A stretch of DNA of 64,000 nucleotides from Octopus sinensis (lineage: Eukaryota): assembly GCF_006345805.1 (NCBI RefSeq), contig NC_043020.1, positions 27,218,001 through 27,282,000 of the forward strand. The letters run 5' to 3'. Position 1 is the stretch's first letter; the number at the start of each line of letters is the position of its first letter. Position numbers and translations under genes: made by a program. Under the pieces are notes generated by a model. The model was not told the DNA's origin. It saw nothing but the letters and a program-made list of their open reading frames with translations, and did not search any database. Positions 21,600-35,055 of the stretch are shown here, piece after piece.

Positions 21600-24500
21600 T
21601 GTAGTGATCCTATACAACGGCGCGCGCTCGCGCACCGTCCATTTATATTTCGCGCGTGCGGGGTTGGTGCTTTCAGCACCAGAAGAAGAACCCTTTTGCC
21701 TACGTAGCAGTTAGCCGAGGCAAGGGGATCGTAAGACGTTGACCACCAGCGTCCAGCAAGCAGCGACTTGAGACAGCAGCGACTGAAGGCGACGGTCACG
21801 TATATTTTCTCTCCGTCCGAACTAGATTCTAGCAGCACCTTACCAAAAGGCCTTTAACCAAATTGTTGCAGACCAACATCGTCTCCATTGTTCGCCGCCA
21901 TCTTTGACCAGTGTCGTTTTGTATTTGAACACTTTCTTATTTTACAGAGATAAGGTTCAGCACGACACATTTATACCAAAGGGATACCAGATAACCACTT
22001 ATTGCTACTGTTACCACATTAGAGAATAAAGTAGTATATATATATTTTACGTCTGCGTCTTGTTGTTTCTGACTGGTAGAATTCTGGATTATTAAAGCAA
22101 CGGCTAGTGATTGCCTCTTGTACCCCGAAAGTACAAGAGAAGATATATTCACTCACAAGTTCGTTACAGTGGTGACCCCGACGTGATTCTGGTCTAAAAC
22201 CAGAGATCACTTAACAACAAAGAAATCCAGTTTTTCTGCGAAGTCGGAACACGATTTAACTCTACGCAGTCATCATCTTTCGACGATTTGTTTCCGGCCA
22301 CCACAAACAGTTGTAGAAGGAGCCTCTTTCTTATTCTACAGCCATGATGACGAACGCCATCATATCAACGATGCCTTTTCTCCACCTTCGTCATCGCCAT
22401 CATCGTCTTTCTACTTCACGTCGTCGTTATCTTCGTCGCCATCACCACTAAGAACAATGTTGTCTCAAGTCCACTACAGTCGCCACCACCACCGTCGCCT
22501 TTCAACACCGTCGACCTCCACAAGATGTACATAGCAACTCGCGGAACTTTAGCCCACATGCCGTTTGTGCATTAGCACACCAAGAATTAACAGCCCAGCA
22601 CTATCTACGAGATTTCTTCTGTACCCAGTTAACCTGTCACAGCATCGAAGCTACAACCGCTACACATTGCGTTCAACCGGCATCTGCATTTGTGATTTCA
22701 ACATTCTGTTACAGAACGGACTGCTATTGTGCATCAGGCTATTACAGACTGGTAAATTAACTCCATTGTCTGGGATAGCCATGAGAGACATTTTTCTATG
22801 CGCTGTATTCTTATTTTTGCTCGCATTCACCTTGTATGTATTTTTGTCGCACACACGTACACACACATAAATGCTATCTCTCACATACATACGTCACACA
22901 TGCTTTTCTCGCTTGTTTTTTCCATGCTAAATTTGCCTTTTGTGAACACACCTCATTTCTATAGACCCTAGGGGTCACGTATACATAGAGAGGGTTGTTT
23001 GTCCATTATAACGCGCCGGCATGCCATACTTTTGTTCCTGTGCGAACGAGGCATATAATCGCTCAACCACTGGCATATTCATTGCTGTTTTTCGGTCTGG
23101 CAAGCACTATTGCATTTCATGCGCCTTTGCTTCGCACGTGTACTGCCTTGTTTTTGCAACACGTTTGCGTTGGCTTAGTTCTTTTCCCGACTCATAGGAC
23201 GTCGGATGTTCACATGCGCTGCGCCATGTTTAGGCGTAATTATTTTTCCCTGTTAGACCACTGTTGGTCACGTAATTAACAGAAAATTATCTGTGTCGCG
23301 CATCACACCAGCATGTTTGCACTTTTGCCTTTTGTGTTACTAGCGAGCTTCTGTCAATTCCATTTCCTCTCCTGCAGCAATTGATTTAACTGCTATTTTG
23401 CAGGATCAACCACCTTTAGAGGAGTTGGATTTAATTTCGCCTAGGTTCATTGACTGTGAGTTTTGCTTTCCCTCCGCTCCTTTCAGCGGAAGGGTTTATA
23501 CTTTGTGACGTATACACTTTCATGCATGCACTCTTGATTTTTGCTCATTGAGTATTTTTTCTCTTTTTCCTTTAGTAAATTTCTTGTGTATGTTATAAAT
23601 TTTGCCATTTTATTATATTGTGTGCTATTTGGTTATCTGGTATCCACCTTGAGTTTTATAGTCACTACAGGGAATTTTGTGTCGTGCTTACGCACTGGGG
23701 TGGAGCTCTGTAGTGATCCTATACAACGGCGCGCGCTCGCGCACCGTCCATTTGTATTTCACGCGTGCGGTGTTGGTGCTTTCACCACCGGAAGAAGAAC
23801 CCTTTTGCCGACGTAGCAGTTAGCCGACGCAAGGGGATCGTAAGACGTTGACCACCAGCGTCCAGCAAGCAGCGACTTGAGACAGCAGCGACTGAAGGCG
23901 ACGGTCACGTATATTTTCTCTCCGTCCGAACTAGATTCTAGCAGCACCTTACCAAAAGGCCTTTAACCAAATTGTTGCAGACCAACATCGTCTCCATTGT
24001 TCGCCGCCATCTTTGACCAGTGTCGTTTTGCATTTGAACACTTTCTTATTTTACAGAGATAAGGTTCAGCACGACACATTTATACCAAAGGGATACCAGA
24101 TTACCACTTATTGTTACTGTTACCACATTAGAGAATAAAGTAGTATATATATATTTTACGTCTGCGTCTTGTTGTTTCTGACTGGTAGAATTCTGGATTA
24201 TTAAAGCAACGGCTAGTGATTGCCTCTTGTACCCCGAAAGTACAAGAGAAGATATATTCACTCACAAGTTCGTTACAGTGGACAACTGTTTGTGGTGGCC
24301 GGAAACAAATCGTCGAAAGATGATGACTGCGTAGAGTTAAATCGTGTTCCGACTTCGCAGAAAAACTGGATTTCTTTGTTGTTAAGTGATCTCTGGTTTT
24401 AGACCAGAATCACGTCGGGGGTCCACCAGTGTAACAGGTCTAGTGTGAGTGAATATATACCTCGTTCGCACAGGAACAAAAGTATGGCATGCCGGCGCGT

Positions 24501-25241
24501 TATAATGGACAAACAACCCTCTCTATGTATACGTGACCCCTAGGGTCTATAGAAATGAGGTGTGTTCACAAAAGGCAAATTTAGCATGGAAAAAACAAGC
24601 GAGAAAAGCATGTGTGACGTATGTATGTGAGAGATAGCATTTATGTATGTGTACGTGTGTGCGACAAAAATACATACAAGGTGAATGCGAGCAAAAATAA
24701 ATAAAAAATACAGCACATAGAAAAATTGTCTCTCAAGGCTATTCCAGACAATGGAGTTAGTTTACCAGTCTGTAATAGCCTGATGCACAATAGCAGTTCG
24801 TTCTGTAACAGAATATTGAAATCACAAATGCAGATGCCGATTGAACACAATGTGTAGCGGTTGTAGCTTCGATGCTGTGACATGTTAAATCGTTACAGAA
24901 GAATCTCGCAGATAGACGGTGCTGTTAATCCTTGGTGTGCATATGCACATACGGCATGTGGGCTAAAGTTCCGCGAGTTGCTATGTACATCTTGTGGAGG
25001 TCGACGGTGTTGAAAGGCGACGGTGGTGGTGGCGACTGTAGTGGACTTGAGACAGCAGCGACTGAAGGCGACGGTCGCTGCTTGCTGGACGCTGGTGGTC
25101 AACGTCTTACGATCCCCTTGCCTCGGCTAACTGCTACGTAGGCAAAAGGGTTCTTCTTCCGGTGGTGAAAGCACCAACCTCGCACGCGCGAAATACAAAT
25201 GGACGGTGCGCGAGCGCGCGCTGTTGTATAGGATCACTACA
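21600..25241. mobile_element. Non-autonomous TIR element, TGT...ACA ends, 168-bp TIRs, 4-bp TSD ACTG (Ginger-like), internally rearranged
   Basis: TIRs 21600-21767 and 25074-25241; ACTG at 21596-21599 and 25242-25245; 573-bp direct repeat (21600-22172 = 23709-24281). The superfamily label is inference. Confidence 0.75.
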
Positions 25242-26289
25242 ACTGTTTTAATGAAGTCATGTCTTGTCCCTACCTTCGAATCGTGGCGTAGATAAAACAG
25301 GGGACAACTGATGAAGGGAATGTTCTTTATGTTGCTTGCCTCGTTTCTCTATTTGTTTCTTTCGTTTTTAGTAAAACAGTTCGTTTTCTATGTTTTGGTT
25401 TTTCATGTTCTCGTTTCTCATTTTGTTGACGTTCTTTTTTGATGCCCTGTACCCATATATGCATGTATATATACATATATATGTAGGTATGTATATGTGC
25501 ATATATATATATATATGTATAAATATATAAAATTTCATTAAAAAATCCCCATTTTCCTAAAAGTTATGAGGGAAAAAGCTCGGATCTTGTGAATTTTCCG
25601 AAGTCCTCTTCCCATCCTCCCGTTGCTTTGCGCGTATTTTTTTTTCATATTCGTTTCCTACACATTGTTTTACATCCATTCCAATATTCCTTTTGGGATT
25701 TTCATTTCCGGGTCAAGATGTAAACATTAACCAATATTTTATATATCACATTCTACCAGTGTTCGAAGTTTGAAAGTGTTTAGTCACAAAAAGTTAATTT
25801 CTCGTTCTGCCGTTCAAAGGGAAAAGATCCGAACATGATTTTATTTAATAGATACAGGTACAAATTAATGCAGTTCTGAAATACAATATGTTTAATCTCT
25901 ATTAATCCACTTAAAAAATTGAAGGAGAAAACTACTTTTAACGCATTCTTTGCAAATTAATCCACTTCAAAAACAGGATCCGTTTATTCAATAGAACGTA
26001 CAATTTATTGCAATATCTTGCGCAGTATTCCTGGATTTCTGGGAACCAGATAGAAGTCCTGGTACTGTATGATTAATTGCGATAAACAACTGCATACTTT
26101 TAAAACTAAAACGCATTTAGTTTTAAAAAATTACAAGCAAAGTGTCAAAAAGAATTTAAGAGAAGCGGTGTATAGGTATAAAAAATCAAAGGGTAACTTT
26201 CTTATGCTGAACACCGGTTGTTAATTAAAATGGCAGCCAAAAAATGGAAAAACGTCGGATTTATGTAATTTAATTAATTTTTAATTAAA

Positions 26290-26661
26290 ATGGAAGTTGT
26301 CAACAAAGTGTCATTCGTCAACAAGGTACAGTACACTTAGTTGTGTCTTATTTCTAAATAATACATTGTTTATTATTATTTGCCTGTCTTGAATTTGATA
26401 AGATTTGAATGAAATTCAATTTAAGTCTAAACGTTTTCATAACACACTGTTGATACTAAAGAGCAGAAACTGTTATATAATATATATTATATGTGTCTTG
26501 TGCGTACAAATAGATGGACGGCTGTTACTCCAGTCTGCTTCCAATACAGTGGTGTGGTTACTGCTATACGTAGTAGTATTACTAGTTATGTTATGCAGAG
26601 CAAATGTACCATAAATTACAATTACATTTGCGACTTCCAATGCGGAGTTCCAAACAACCAT

Positions 26662-26743
<82 letters not shown>

Positions 26744-26984
26744 AAGAATACAGTGTACATTCAAACACATAAGAGATAACCAAAAAATAGGGTATCTGAC
26801 TCACTAGAAAGAGCAGTTAAACTCCAAGATATTTATCGAAAAATTCTTAGTTACCAGTGGTCTAGCGAGAAGGAAAAAATTTAGTCAATAGGCTATATAT
26901 TATTCAGAGAAGAATACAGTGTACGTTCAAACAAGAATTTTTCGATAAATATTCTTGCTACCCTAAGATTTTTTAATTAATGAT

Positions 26985-27034
<50 letters not shown>

Positions 27035-30000
27035 ATTATGCGTATAAACAAATTAAATATAACAGCTTAGGTTTGATATCCAATATATATATATATGATG
27101 TATATATATATATACACATATATATGTATACATACTAACAGAAAGAAAGCAAAGACTGAATATTTTCAGACGATTAATATTTAAGTATGAAGATATTCAT
27201 CAAGCTTACACAAAACACACACACATATGTATGCTTTTAAACTTTGCAACTGGTAGTAGATAGAGCTGTAAATAATAGCATGTAAATACTAGTTTTAAGA
27301 GAAAACCCTTTTGTTAGAAAAATGTCAAAGGCTGCCTGTGGGACTCAAACCACATCTACAAACGTGACAAACCTACGTTTGGACGTCATAAACACACACA
27401 CACACATACATATCTAGGGCTGTGTGTTGTGTTCTTGAGCAAGGCACTTCATTTCACGTTGCTCCAGTTCACTCAGCTGTAGAAATGAGTTGCGGCGTTA
27501 CTGGTGCCAAGCTGTATCTGCTGTTGCCTTTCCCTTGGATAGCATTGGTGGAAGGGAGAGGGGAAGCCGGTATGCATGGGCGACTGCTGGTCTTCCATAA
27601 ACAACCTTGCCCGGACTTGTGCCTTGGAGAGGAACTTGTAAGGACCTTGCTTAGCCCTGCCTGGCTGAAATTCGAAATTGAATCCAAGAATTCTCGCTCA
27701 CCAAATCCACCCACTATTTGGTGACTAGGTAGGAAAATCCCTTTGTTCTGTCAAAGGGAACATTGATTGATGTGTTTCCACTTGACCCGTGACCTGGCTG
27801 TATCAGGGACCTAAATGTGTATAGGCTACTCTTATAATGGTATATCCATCTTTCTAGCTGGAATATCTAATTAAAGATACCCACCCTCTGCCGACACCCA
27901 CCAGTTCTGTAGTAAAATGGGCCCATAACAACGGTCACTGCAGTTATATCAACACCGACTGGAAGTCAATCACCTAACCCAGATGTAATAGCTAAAACTC
28001 CATAAGTCTTATAAAGATCATAAAAGAAATGACACACAAACTATCTTTAGCTACAAATCTACTGTAAAAGACTCACATACGCAATTATATAATTATATAT
28101 ATATATATATATAAAGGGTAAAGACCTCCTTCAGTCATGAATGACCATGGGATTGCAGCTAGAGAGTTTATAGGGACCTTGCTTGCCAAACCCACCTGCT
28201 GTTTGCTGACCAGGTGGGAAAATCTCTTTGTCTTGTCAAAAGGAACTTTGATTGATGTGTTTCCAGAGAGCAGGCCGACCCCAAAATGTAACAGAGTTGT
28301 AGGTGCTCTCACTAACTTTTTGATTGCAGAGCGCTGGTATTTATAATGGCCCATTCTGGCTAGAAAGATGGATATACTATTATAAGAGAAGCCTATACAT
28401 ATTTAGGTCACCCGCTGTCCATTTGAATGTTCCCTGATACAGCAAGGTTGCAGGTCAAGTGGAAACACATCAATTGAACTTCAAATGGAATAAAGTAAAA
28501 TATAGCCAAGAATAAAAGGTGTGTAGATTATGAATTTTGATCGAAGGGATGGGGCCTTGAAGCAAAAAGTTGCAGGGAGCCTCATGCAATGGGGCTGGAT
28601 GTGAGGGGCCTGATCTGGTCTCTTTGAACAAGCTGCCAGACGAGATGGTGAAGATGCCGACGACCGCTTTGTTCAAAGCCTCCCTTGACCTCAAGTGGCC
28701 TGAACTCTTTACATGAACACCACCCTGTACTTAACTCCATGTCCCCCTACATGGCCTTGCTATTTGCTTTTGAGCCAAATTAACTAACTAACTAACATAT
28801 AATAGGTGCAATATTTGGGGCCTGATATGGCCAATTGAATACTAAAGGGTTCAATAACAACAATGAGTAATGGGAGTGACATATGTGAATTAATACAGAA
28901 CTTAGAGAGGGTGGATGTTTCCTTGGTGTTTCTGGGATGGATATATAGATTGAAGTCTTCTGGGCCTCTCTGAGAATTTATGATAACATTCATTTTCGAA
29001 GTTGATATTCACATTGAAGATGGTAGTTTGTTCATATTTGTTTATTGTATTTTTTTTTTTAATGTTTTGTAGATCAATATGTTGATGAAAGCAACATCAG
29101 ACGATGATAAACCAATCCCTGGATATCTCTACGACGAAGTCAACAGTATCCTTTAACACATCATATAAACCCTCAGTCCATCTGTCCGTCTTTCTCTTTG
29201 TTGTTGTTGTTTAGCTCAAGGTCAGTTCTGCCCAGGCAGGATTATCATCATCATCGTTTAACGTCCGTTCTCCATGCTAGCATGGGTTGGACGGTTCGAC
29301 CGGGGATCTGGGAAGCCAGAAGGCTGCGCCAGGCTCTAGTCTGATCTGGCAGTGTTTCTACGGCTGGATGCCCTTCCTAACGCCAACCACTCCATAAGTG
29401 TAGTGGGTGCTTTTTATGTGCCAGGGGAGGCTGGCAACGGCCACGATCAGATTGGTGCTTTTTACATGCCACCGGCATGGAAGCCAGTCAAGCCACGTTC
29501 GGATGGTGCTTTTTACATGCCACCGGTACTTATGATTAAAATTATTCCATTCATGGCCATCACATCTTTTTAGAGTATATAGGACTACACTGACATAGGC
29601 ATGGACAACAACCTGCCACACTTGGGCAACATATAACCCTTCATATCCTTTCTGTAGCACATGTAGCACCATCTGAGCATGATCATTGCCAGACCAGCTA
29701 ACTGGCTTCCGTGCCGGTGGCACGTAAAAAGCACCATTCATGCGTGATCGTTACCAGCGTCGCCTTACTGGCACGTGAAAAAACATTCGAGCGGGGTCAT
29801 TGCCAGTGCCGCTGGACTGACTCCAGTGCAGGAGGCATGTAAAAAACACCATTTGAGCATGGCCGTTCCCAGTACTGCCTGACTGACCCTCGTGCCGGTG
29901 GCACATAAAAGCACCCACTACACTCTTGGAGTGGTTGGCATTAGGAAGGGCATCCAGCTGTAGAAACTCTGCCAGATCAGATTGGAGCCTGATGCAGCCA

Positions 30001-33000
30001 TCTAGTTCGCCAGTCCTTAGTCAAATCATGGAAAGTGGACGTTAAACGATAATGATGATGATGTTGTTGAACAACAAACTTCTTAAGTGTATGGCCTCCC
30101 CAAAAAGCTACCAACTGTTAAATGCTCTTTATTGGAATACATTAAACCCTTAACAATATTCCTAGAAATCAGTTATGAATCAACTGCTTATTGCACAAGT
30201 CTGTTGGAATTCCTGGTGAGTCAACTGGAAAAGAAATCTTGCCATGTAAAATTGAAGGTAAGTTATTATAAATATCACTTGTGCCTATCATTAATTATTT
30301 AACCCTTCATGGGCCATGCTGGAGCACCGCCTGTAGTTGAGCAAATTAACCCCAGGACTTATTCTTTGTAAGCCTAGTACTTATTCTATCGGTCTCTTTT
30401 GCCAAACCACTACATTACAAGGACGTAAACACACCAGCATTGGTTGTCAAGTGATGTTGGGGAGGACAAACACAAACATATACACACACATACATATACA
30501 TATATACGACAGGCTTCTTTCAGTTTCCGTCTACCAAATCCACTCACAAGGCTTTGGTCGGTCCAAGGCTATAGTAGAAGACACTTGCCCAAGGTGGCAC
30601 GCAGTGGGACTGAACCCAGAACCATGTGGTTTGTAAGCAAGCTACTTACCACACAGCCACTCCTGCACCTGTACTATTTCAAAATAAAATGCCACAAGCA
30701 AAACACACACATACACAGTGGGCTTCTTTTAGTTTCCATTTACCAAATCCATTTACAAGACTTTGGTCAGCTCAGGGCTATAGTAGAGGACCCTTGTTCA
30801 CAAGTGGCATGCAGTGGGATTGAACCAAAAACCATGTGGTTGGGAAGTAAGCTTCTCAGTCACACAACCACACCTGTTTGTGATTGTTGTTGATGTTGTA
30901 TTTGTTTTCTAATTTTTAGGTGTTGAAACTAATGACAAACCTCGTTGAAAAGGGTCACCCCCATTTCAGACAAGGTCTACGGCGACAAGCAAATGGCATC
31001 AGGGAAGCCACCAGTAAGTATTTTGTTTCCTTCTTATATTTTTTTTTCTTACCTTTTTTTTAGTCAGAGAAGCCAGAGCAGCATCTGCGAGATTTTAATA
31101 ATAATAATAATGAAATTATTGTATACAGTGCTCAGGTGCACCACAACTTGTCAAAAGTGCGTATAAAGCATATGCAGTAATGTACAAATGTCTGGGAAGC
31201 GAACAGTGTATGAGTCAGATACATGCTTGTGTGTGTATGGAGGGGAGAAAATCAGGTGTAGTGTTGGTGAATCTCAGGAAGCATGGAAGTTTTGAAGGAT
31301 GCAGTGCTCCGACAACTAACAACTGATGCCAGCAGTTTGCTCCATGCTTCAGCAACTCTTAGAGTGAAAAAAATGTTTCCAAAAGTCATGGGAGCTGTGC
31401 TGTTTTCTGACTTTGTAAATATGTCCATGGGTGTTAGACAGGTGGAGTTTGAAAAGGTGCTCAGAGTTATTGTTTGTAAGACAGTTAATAATTTTATTTA
31501 TTTCATGGCCTCTGAGTCTGTTGAGAGAAAAGGAGGAATTAGAAAATTACTATTTTTAAAACTCACGAGAGATATTCAACAGCAGTACTTTGGAGTAAAG
31601 ACTGTTTGCCAACATAACACGGCAGTCCTGGTTTAGGATGAATGTTGCTGTAATTTTGCCCAAGGAGACATCGTCTCCAGCTGGCTATACAACACGATTG
31701 TGTCCTTATATTTTTGAACAAGGGAATCTAGCACCCCCACTCAGCTCAAAACCATATCTGTGTATCGCGATTTCCGGGTTATTTCCCTTTGTCAGCACAG
31801 AATAACTGTTTCAAATGGGAATTTGGCCAGCACCACTTCTAGCCGAACAATTATTCTCTGCTGATGAAGGGAAATAACCCGGAAATCGCGATACACAGAT
31901 ATTGTTTTGAGCTGAGTGGGGGTGCTAGATTCCCTTGTTTCGAAAATATAAGGACACAGATTGTGTCATGTAGCCAGCTGGAGATGGTGTCTCCTGGGGC
32001 TAAATTACAGCAACATTCATCCTAAACCAGGACTGCCATGTTATGTTGGCGAACAATCTTTACTCGAAAAGGAGGAAATCGTCCTTAAACTAGAGACTTG
32101 ATCTAAATTCTGTGACTGAATGCATTCTGCTAAAGCATGTTTCCAAAGATTGTGGTAGAACTCTTTGAAGAGTTTTACTTAAGCCCTGTTGATTTCCATT
32201 TGAGTAGTAGCAGCAGCAGCAGCAGCAGCAGTGGTGGGGATAATAAGAGTAGTAGTGGTGGTGGTGGTGGTAGAGTAGTAATATTGGTTAGCTGGTTGTT
32301 TATTACTGATGGTTTTAGTAGTAGTAGTAGTAGTCTTTGTGGTGGTGGTAGTACTAGTAGGTCTATTTGTAGTCGTCTAGTAGTAGTAGTAATAGTAGTG
32401 GTTTAACCCCCAGGTTAACCTTGATTGATCAGACCTATAATCAAAGGCATTCCAGCCGTGACCATCCCATTTTAAAAAATCATTTCCAGATACATTGTTT
32501 CTGGAACTAAATTAAACAACGTACCTTTCTCTCATCTTTTTTCTTTTTTTGATTTTGAAGATGACAGGGTTTGGTTTTAAGGGAAATTTGGCTGCTATTT
32601 CTAAAAAGTCTCGCAGTCACATAGAGGTTCTGTTATTGTTTCATGAGGCACAGTGTATCTAGGACTACATCTGATGTGTTCTTGCCTTGATTTTTTTTTT
32701 TAATTTCAAAATAAAACAAAGGGGTGTGACTTAATCTTTAGTTTTATACTTATTTATTTATTTATGTTGTTCTGAATTAATCCTGCATTATCTTGTAGCT
32801 TTGAGATTTCGATAATGTGATTATTTATTTCTAGAATGACATTGTAGGGTAGGTATGAAAGGCCAGATCTGGTCAGTTTGAACATAAAACAGGTGAAATA
32901 TTTGGGTCAGATATGGTTGGTTTAAATGCAAAAATGATTTAGAGAGATTTAGCTGCTATTTCTAGCCATTCCATTGACAAGTGAGTCTCATTTGAGTTCA

Positions 33001-34406
33001 TGTTATTTTCCAGAGTTCAGTGGACCTCCAGATCCTCTTCATGGTACCGTGCCCTACCTAGTTGTGAGACAAATGGCTCAGGTAAGTTAAAACTGAAAAT
33101 TCTCTAAGTGAGAATTAATAAGTTTGTTTTCTGTGAAAATGGGGAGGAATTTGGTACTTCTGGTGGCAGTTTTTATCGAAGAAGACCAAAATTCCTCCCT
33201 TCCTCCTTCCAACCTTTCTTACATTTATTTCTTTATTGCCCATAGGGGGCTAAAAATAGAGGGGCAAACAAGGACAGACTAAGGCATTAAGTCAATTGTA
33301 TTGACCCAAGTGTGTAACTGGTACTTATTTAACTGACCTTGAAAGGATAAAAAGCAAAGTCGACCTCAGCGGAATTTGAACTCAGAACTTAACGGCAGAT
33401 GAAATACCACTAAACATTTTGCCAGGTGTGCTAATGATTCTGCCAGCTTGCTGCCCTACATTGAATTACCCCAGGTGTCTTTTCTGGCAAGTGCTATGAG
33501 TTTGCCCTAGAATTTACATGGAAGAATACAAGCCCATGCATGGCTGTATGGTTAAGGGGTTTGTTTCTTTACCACGTGTTTTGGGGTTCAGTCCCACAGT
33601 GTGGCATCTTGGGTCAGTGTGTTTTGCTATAGCCCCTGGCTGACCAAAGCCTTCTGAGTGGTGGTGGTGGTGGCATTTACTAAATACATTTGGTTCAAAT
33701 GATAATGAATTATCCAATTATTGTATGATTTTAGATGTTTTGTTACTGATTCTATTTTCAGAATCTGTCTGAAGTCCTCTTTGATGCTGACTACAATGTG
33801 GACACTGAATCCGAGACCAAAACAGTCAGGCCGACCTCAAGTAAGATTCCATCAATTTTAGATATTGCACTGGCATAGCCCCGTGGTTATCAAGTTTTTC
33901 CTCTTGCAGTCGTGTAGTTCTGTGTTCATAGAGTGACCAATGGTTTTGAATCCATGAATGTCGTGGCCTTGTGGACGGCTCAGCAGACTCCAAACAAAGA
34001 CAAGTTTAACTCTTGACCTCTCGGAGGTGGAGAAACACAAGCACAAAATGTTCAAATGGCTAACAGAGGAAAAAAAGTTATTGAGGACGGGTTATTTTCC
34101 CTAGTCCAGAGGATAAATGGGAGCTCGGATCTATTTCGTTTTGGTCCCTTATTAGCTTAAACAGCAAATGGGGAGACTCAATTTTCCAGTAGGTGGCGCT
34201 TGAAATGAACATACTTACTCTGCCTCTGTGAGGTGAAAAATTAAATTTTTAAAATTAAATCTGATTTTCACATTTTATTATTTTCAATTTTTATTATTTT
34301 ACAATATTGAAAAACTGTAAAAATTACAAATGATAAAACGTGAAAATCAGATTTAGTTGGAATTTCATTGATTCATGTATTCTTCTACACACAATCTTAC
34401 AAACTC

Positions 34407-34454
<48 letters not shown>

Positions 34455-34879
34455 GGAAAGTAATAAGAAAAATGCACGTTGGATATCAAAAAAATAACGG
34501 CTTTTTATGAAAAGTAGCAATAAATAAATACAATTAGATGAACTGAAGTAGAATTAAGAATAAAAGTCATTATTATGAATTGTTAAAGAGATTCAAAGTC
34601 ATACCAGTTTCATCAATTGCTGTTCACTGGCTTTGAATGCAATTGATGATACCGGTATGATTTTTGAATCTCTTTAAAAATTCATAATAATTACTTTTAT
34701 TCCTCTTAATTCTACCTCAGTTCATCTAATTGTATATATTCATCGCTACTTTTCATAAAACAAGCCTTTATTTTTTATTTTTTATATATTCAATATGCAT
34801 TTTTCCCTTTTTTCTTCTTACTTTCCCCCATATCTTTTCCACGTGTGGTTTCTATTTTCTTTTTGAAACATATTTCTAT

Positions 34880-34911
<32 letters not shown>

Positions 34912-35024
34912 AATGTGAGGGAATATTATTCCAAACTTACAAGGAAAAATTCAATTTAGAAATACTAAATCAAATTTCACAAAATATAATATATATAAAT
35001 TGTTTTTTTTTTCTAATTTATATT

Positions 35025-35055
<31 letters not shown>

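Larger units (their letters stand above)
31589..32069. repeat. Inverted repeat, ~220-bp arms, ~33-bp spacer (PLE pseudo-LTR-like)
   Basis: 31589-31811 is the reverse complement of 31845-32069, with scattered mismatches. Confidence 0.9.

Noticed and set aside
21600-25241. CACTA/EnSpm classification
   Set aside because: The ends are TGTAGTG...CACTACA, the reverse of CACTA polarity, and the TSD is 4 bp.
25270-25330. CTGATGAAGGG hammerhead-like core (similar CTGAAGAAGGGG at about 62860)
   Set aside because: No convincing stem I/III arrangement around a GAAA could be built by eye.
26505-26560. Alternative tepsin start (MDGCYSS...)
   Set aside because: No homology and no suitable donor; exon 26290-26325 ([12 protein letters not shown]) fits the tepsin N-terminus and phase.
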